A stretch of 64,000 bases of DNA from Octopus sinensis (taxonomy: Eukaryota): the NCBI RefSeq assembly GCF_006345805.1, contig NC_043003.1, positions 63,116,001 to 63,180,000 on the forward strand, written 5' to 3'. Shown here one piece after another: positions 63,390 through 64,000 of this stretch. How positions within the stretch are numbered: the stretch's first letter is position 1; each line of letters opens with the position of its first letter. Below the pieces are notes generated by a model that had not been told where the DNA came from, searched no databases, and saw only the letters and a list, made by a program, of their open reading frames with translations. Made by a program: the position numbers and the translations under genes.

Positions 63390-63933
63390 AACATACATGT
63401 GTGTGTGTGTGTGTGTTTGTGCCTCAGTATCTGTATTTGTCCACCATCACTGCTTGACAGCCAGTCTTAGTGTGTTTACACCTCTGTAACTTATCAGTTC
63501 ATCAAAAGGGAGCTGATATAATAATTACCGTCTGCAAAAAAAAAAAAAAAAAAAAAAAAAACAAGTACCAGGATCAATTCATTCGACTAGAAATTCTTCA
63601 AGGTGGTGCCCCAGCATGGCCACAGTCTAATGACTGAAACACGTAAACAAGTCAAACAAAGATATGTTCTACCATTTATGAAGAGAATGTCATCCTTAAC
63701 AGAATCCATTGCATTATTGTTACTCTATTTTACTTGTTTCAGTCATTTGACTGCAGCCATGCTGGAGCACCGCCTTTTAGTTGAGCAAATCGACCCCAGG
63801 ACTTATTCTTTGGAAGCCTATTACTTATTCTATTGGTGTCTTTTGGCAAACCGCTAAGTTACGGGGACATAAACATACCACCATCAGTTGTCAAGCGATG
63901 TTGGGGGAGACAAACACAGACACACAAACATAT

Positions 63934-63970
<37 letters not shown>

Positions 63971-64000
63971 CGACAGGCTTCTTTCAGTTTCCGTCTACCA

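Overview
AT-rich, microsatellite-dense eukaryotic DNA made almost entirely of nested, mostly decayed transposable elements. The SINE/RTE families and (TA)n/(CAT)n density suggest an octopus or other coleoid cephalopod (inference). No host gene can be identified with confidence; only a few low-confidence candidate exons. Nearly all ORFs in the supplied track are microsatellite or antisense-repeat artefacts. Supported content: (1) several copies of one RTE LINE family, two with RT, and a 3'UTR carrying variable minisatellites; (2) fragments of RLE-type (R4/Dong/NeSL-like), CR1, a second RTE and a possible Tx1/L1 LINE; (3) a Penelope GIY-YIG endonuclease remnant; (4) a full-length FLYWCH+MULE DNA transposon with TIRs, an 8-bp TSD and three nested retroposons; (5) Tc1, mariner and maT remnants, mariner-derived MITEs, a TTAA piggyBac-type MITE and a Helitron-like element; (6) at least four tRNA-headed SINE families; (7) a tRNA-Phe pseudogene. 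The most interesting signal is a set of about ten minimal type-I hammerhead-ribozyme motifs in Penelope-like terminal repeats. Several sit inside fold-back palindromes, placing ribozyme cores on both strands. The hammerhead-Penelope link is established, so this looks like a lineage-specific instance rather than a proven new system. All alignments and folds were done by eye.
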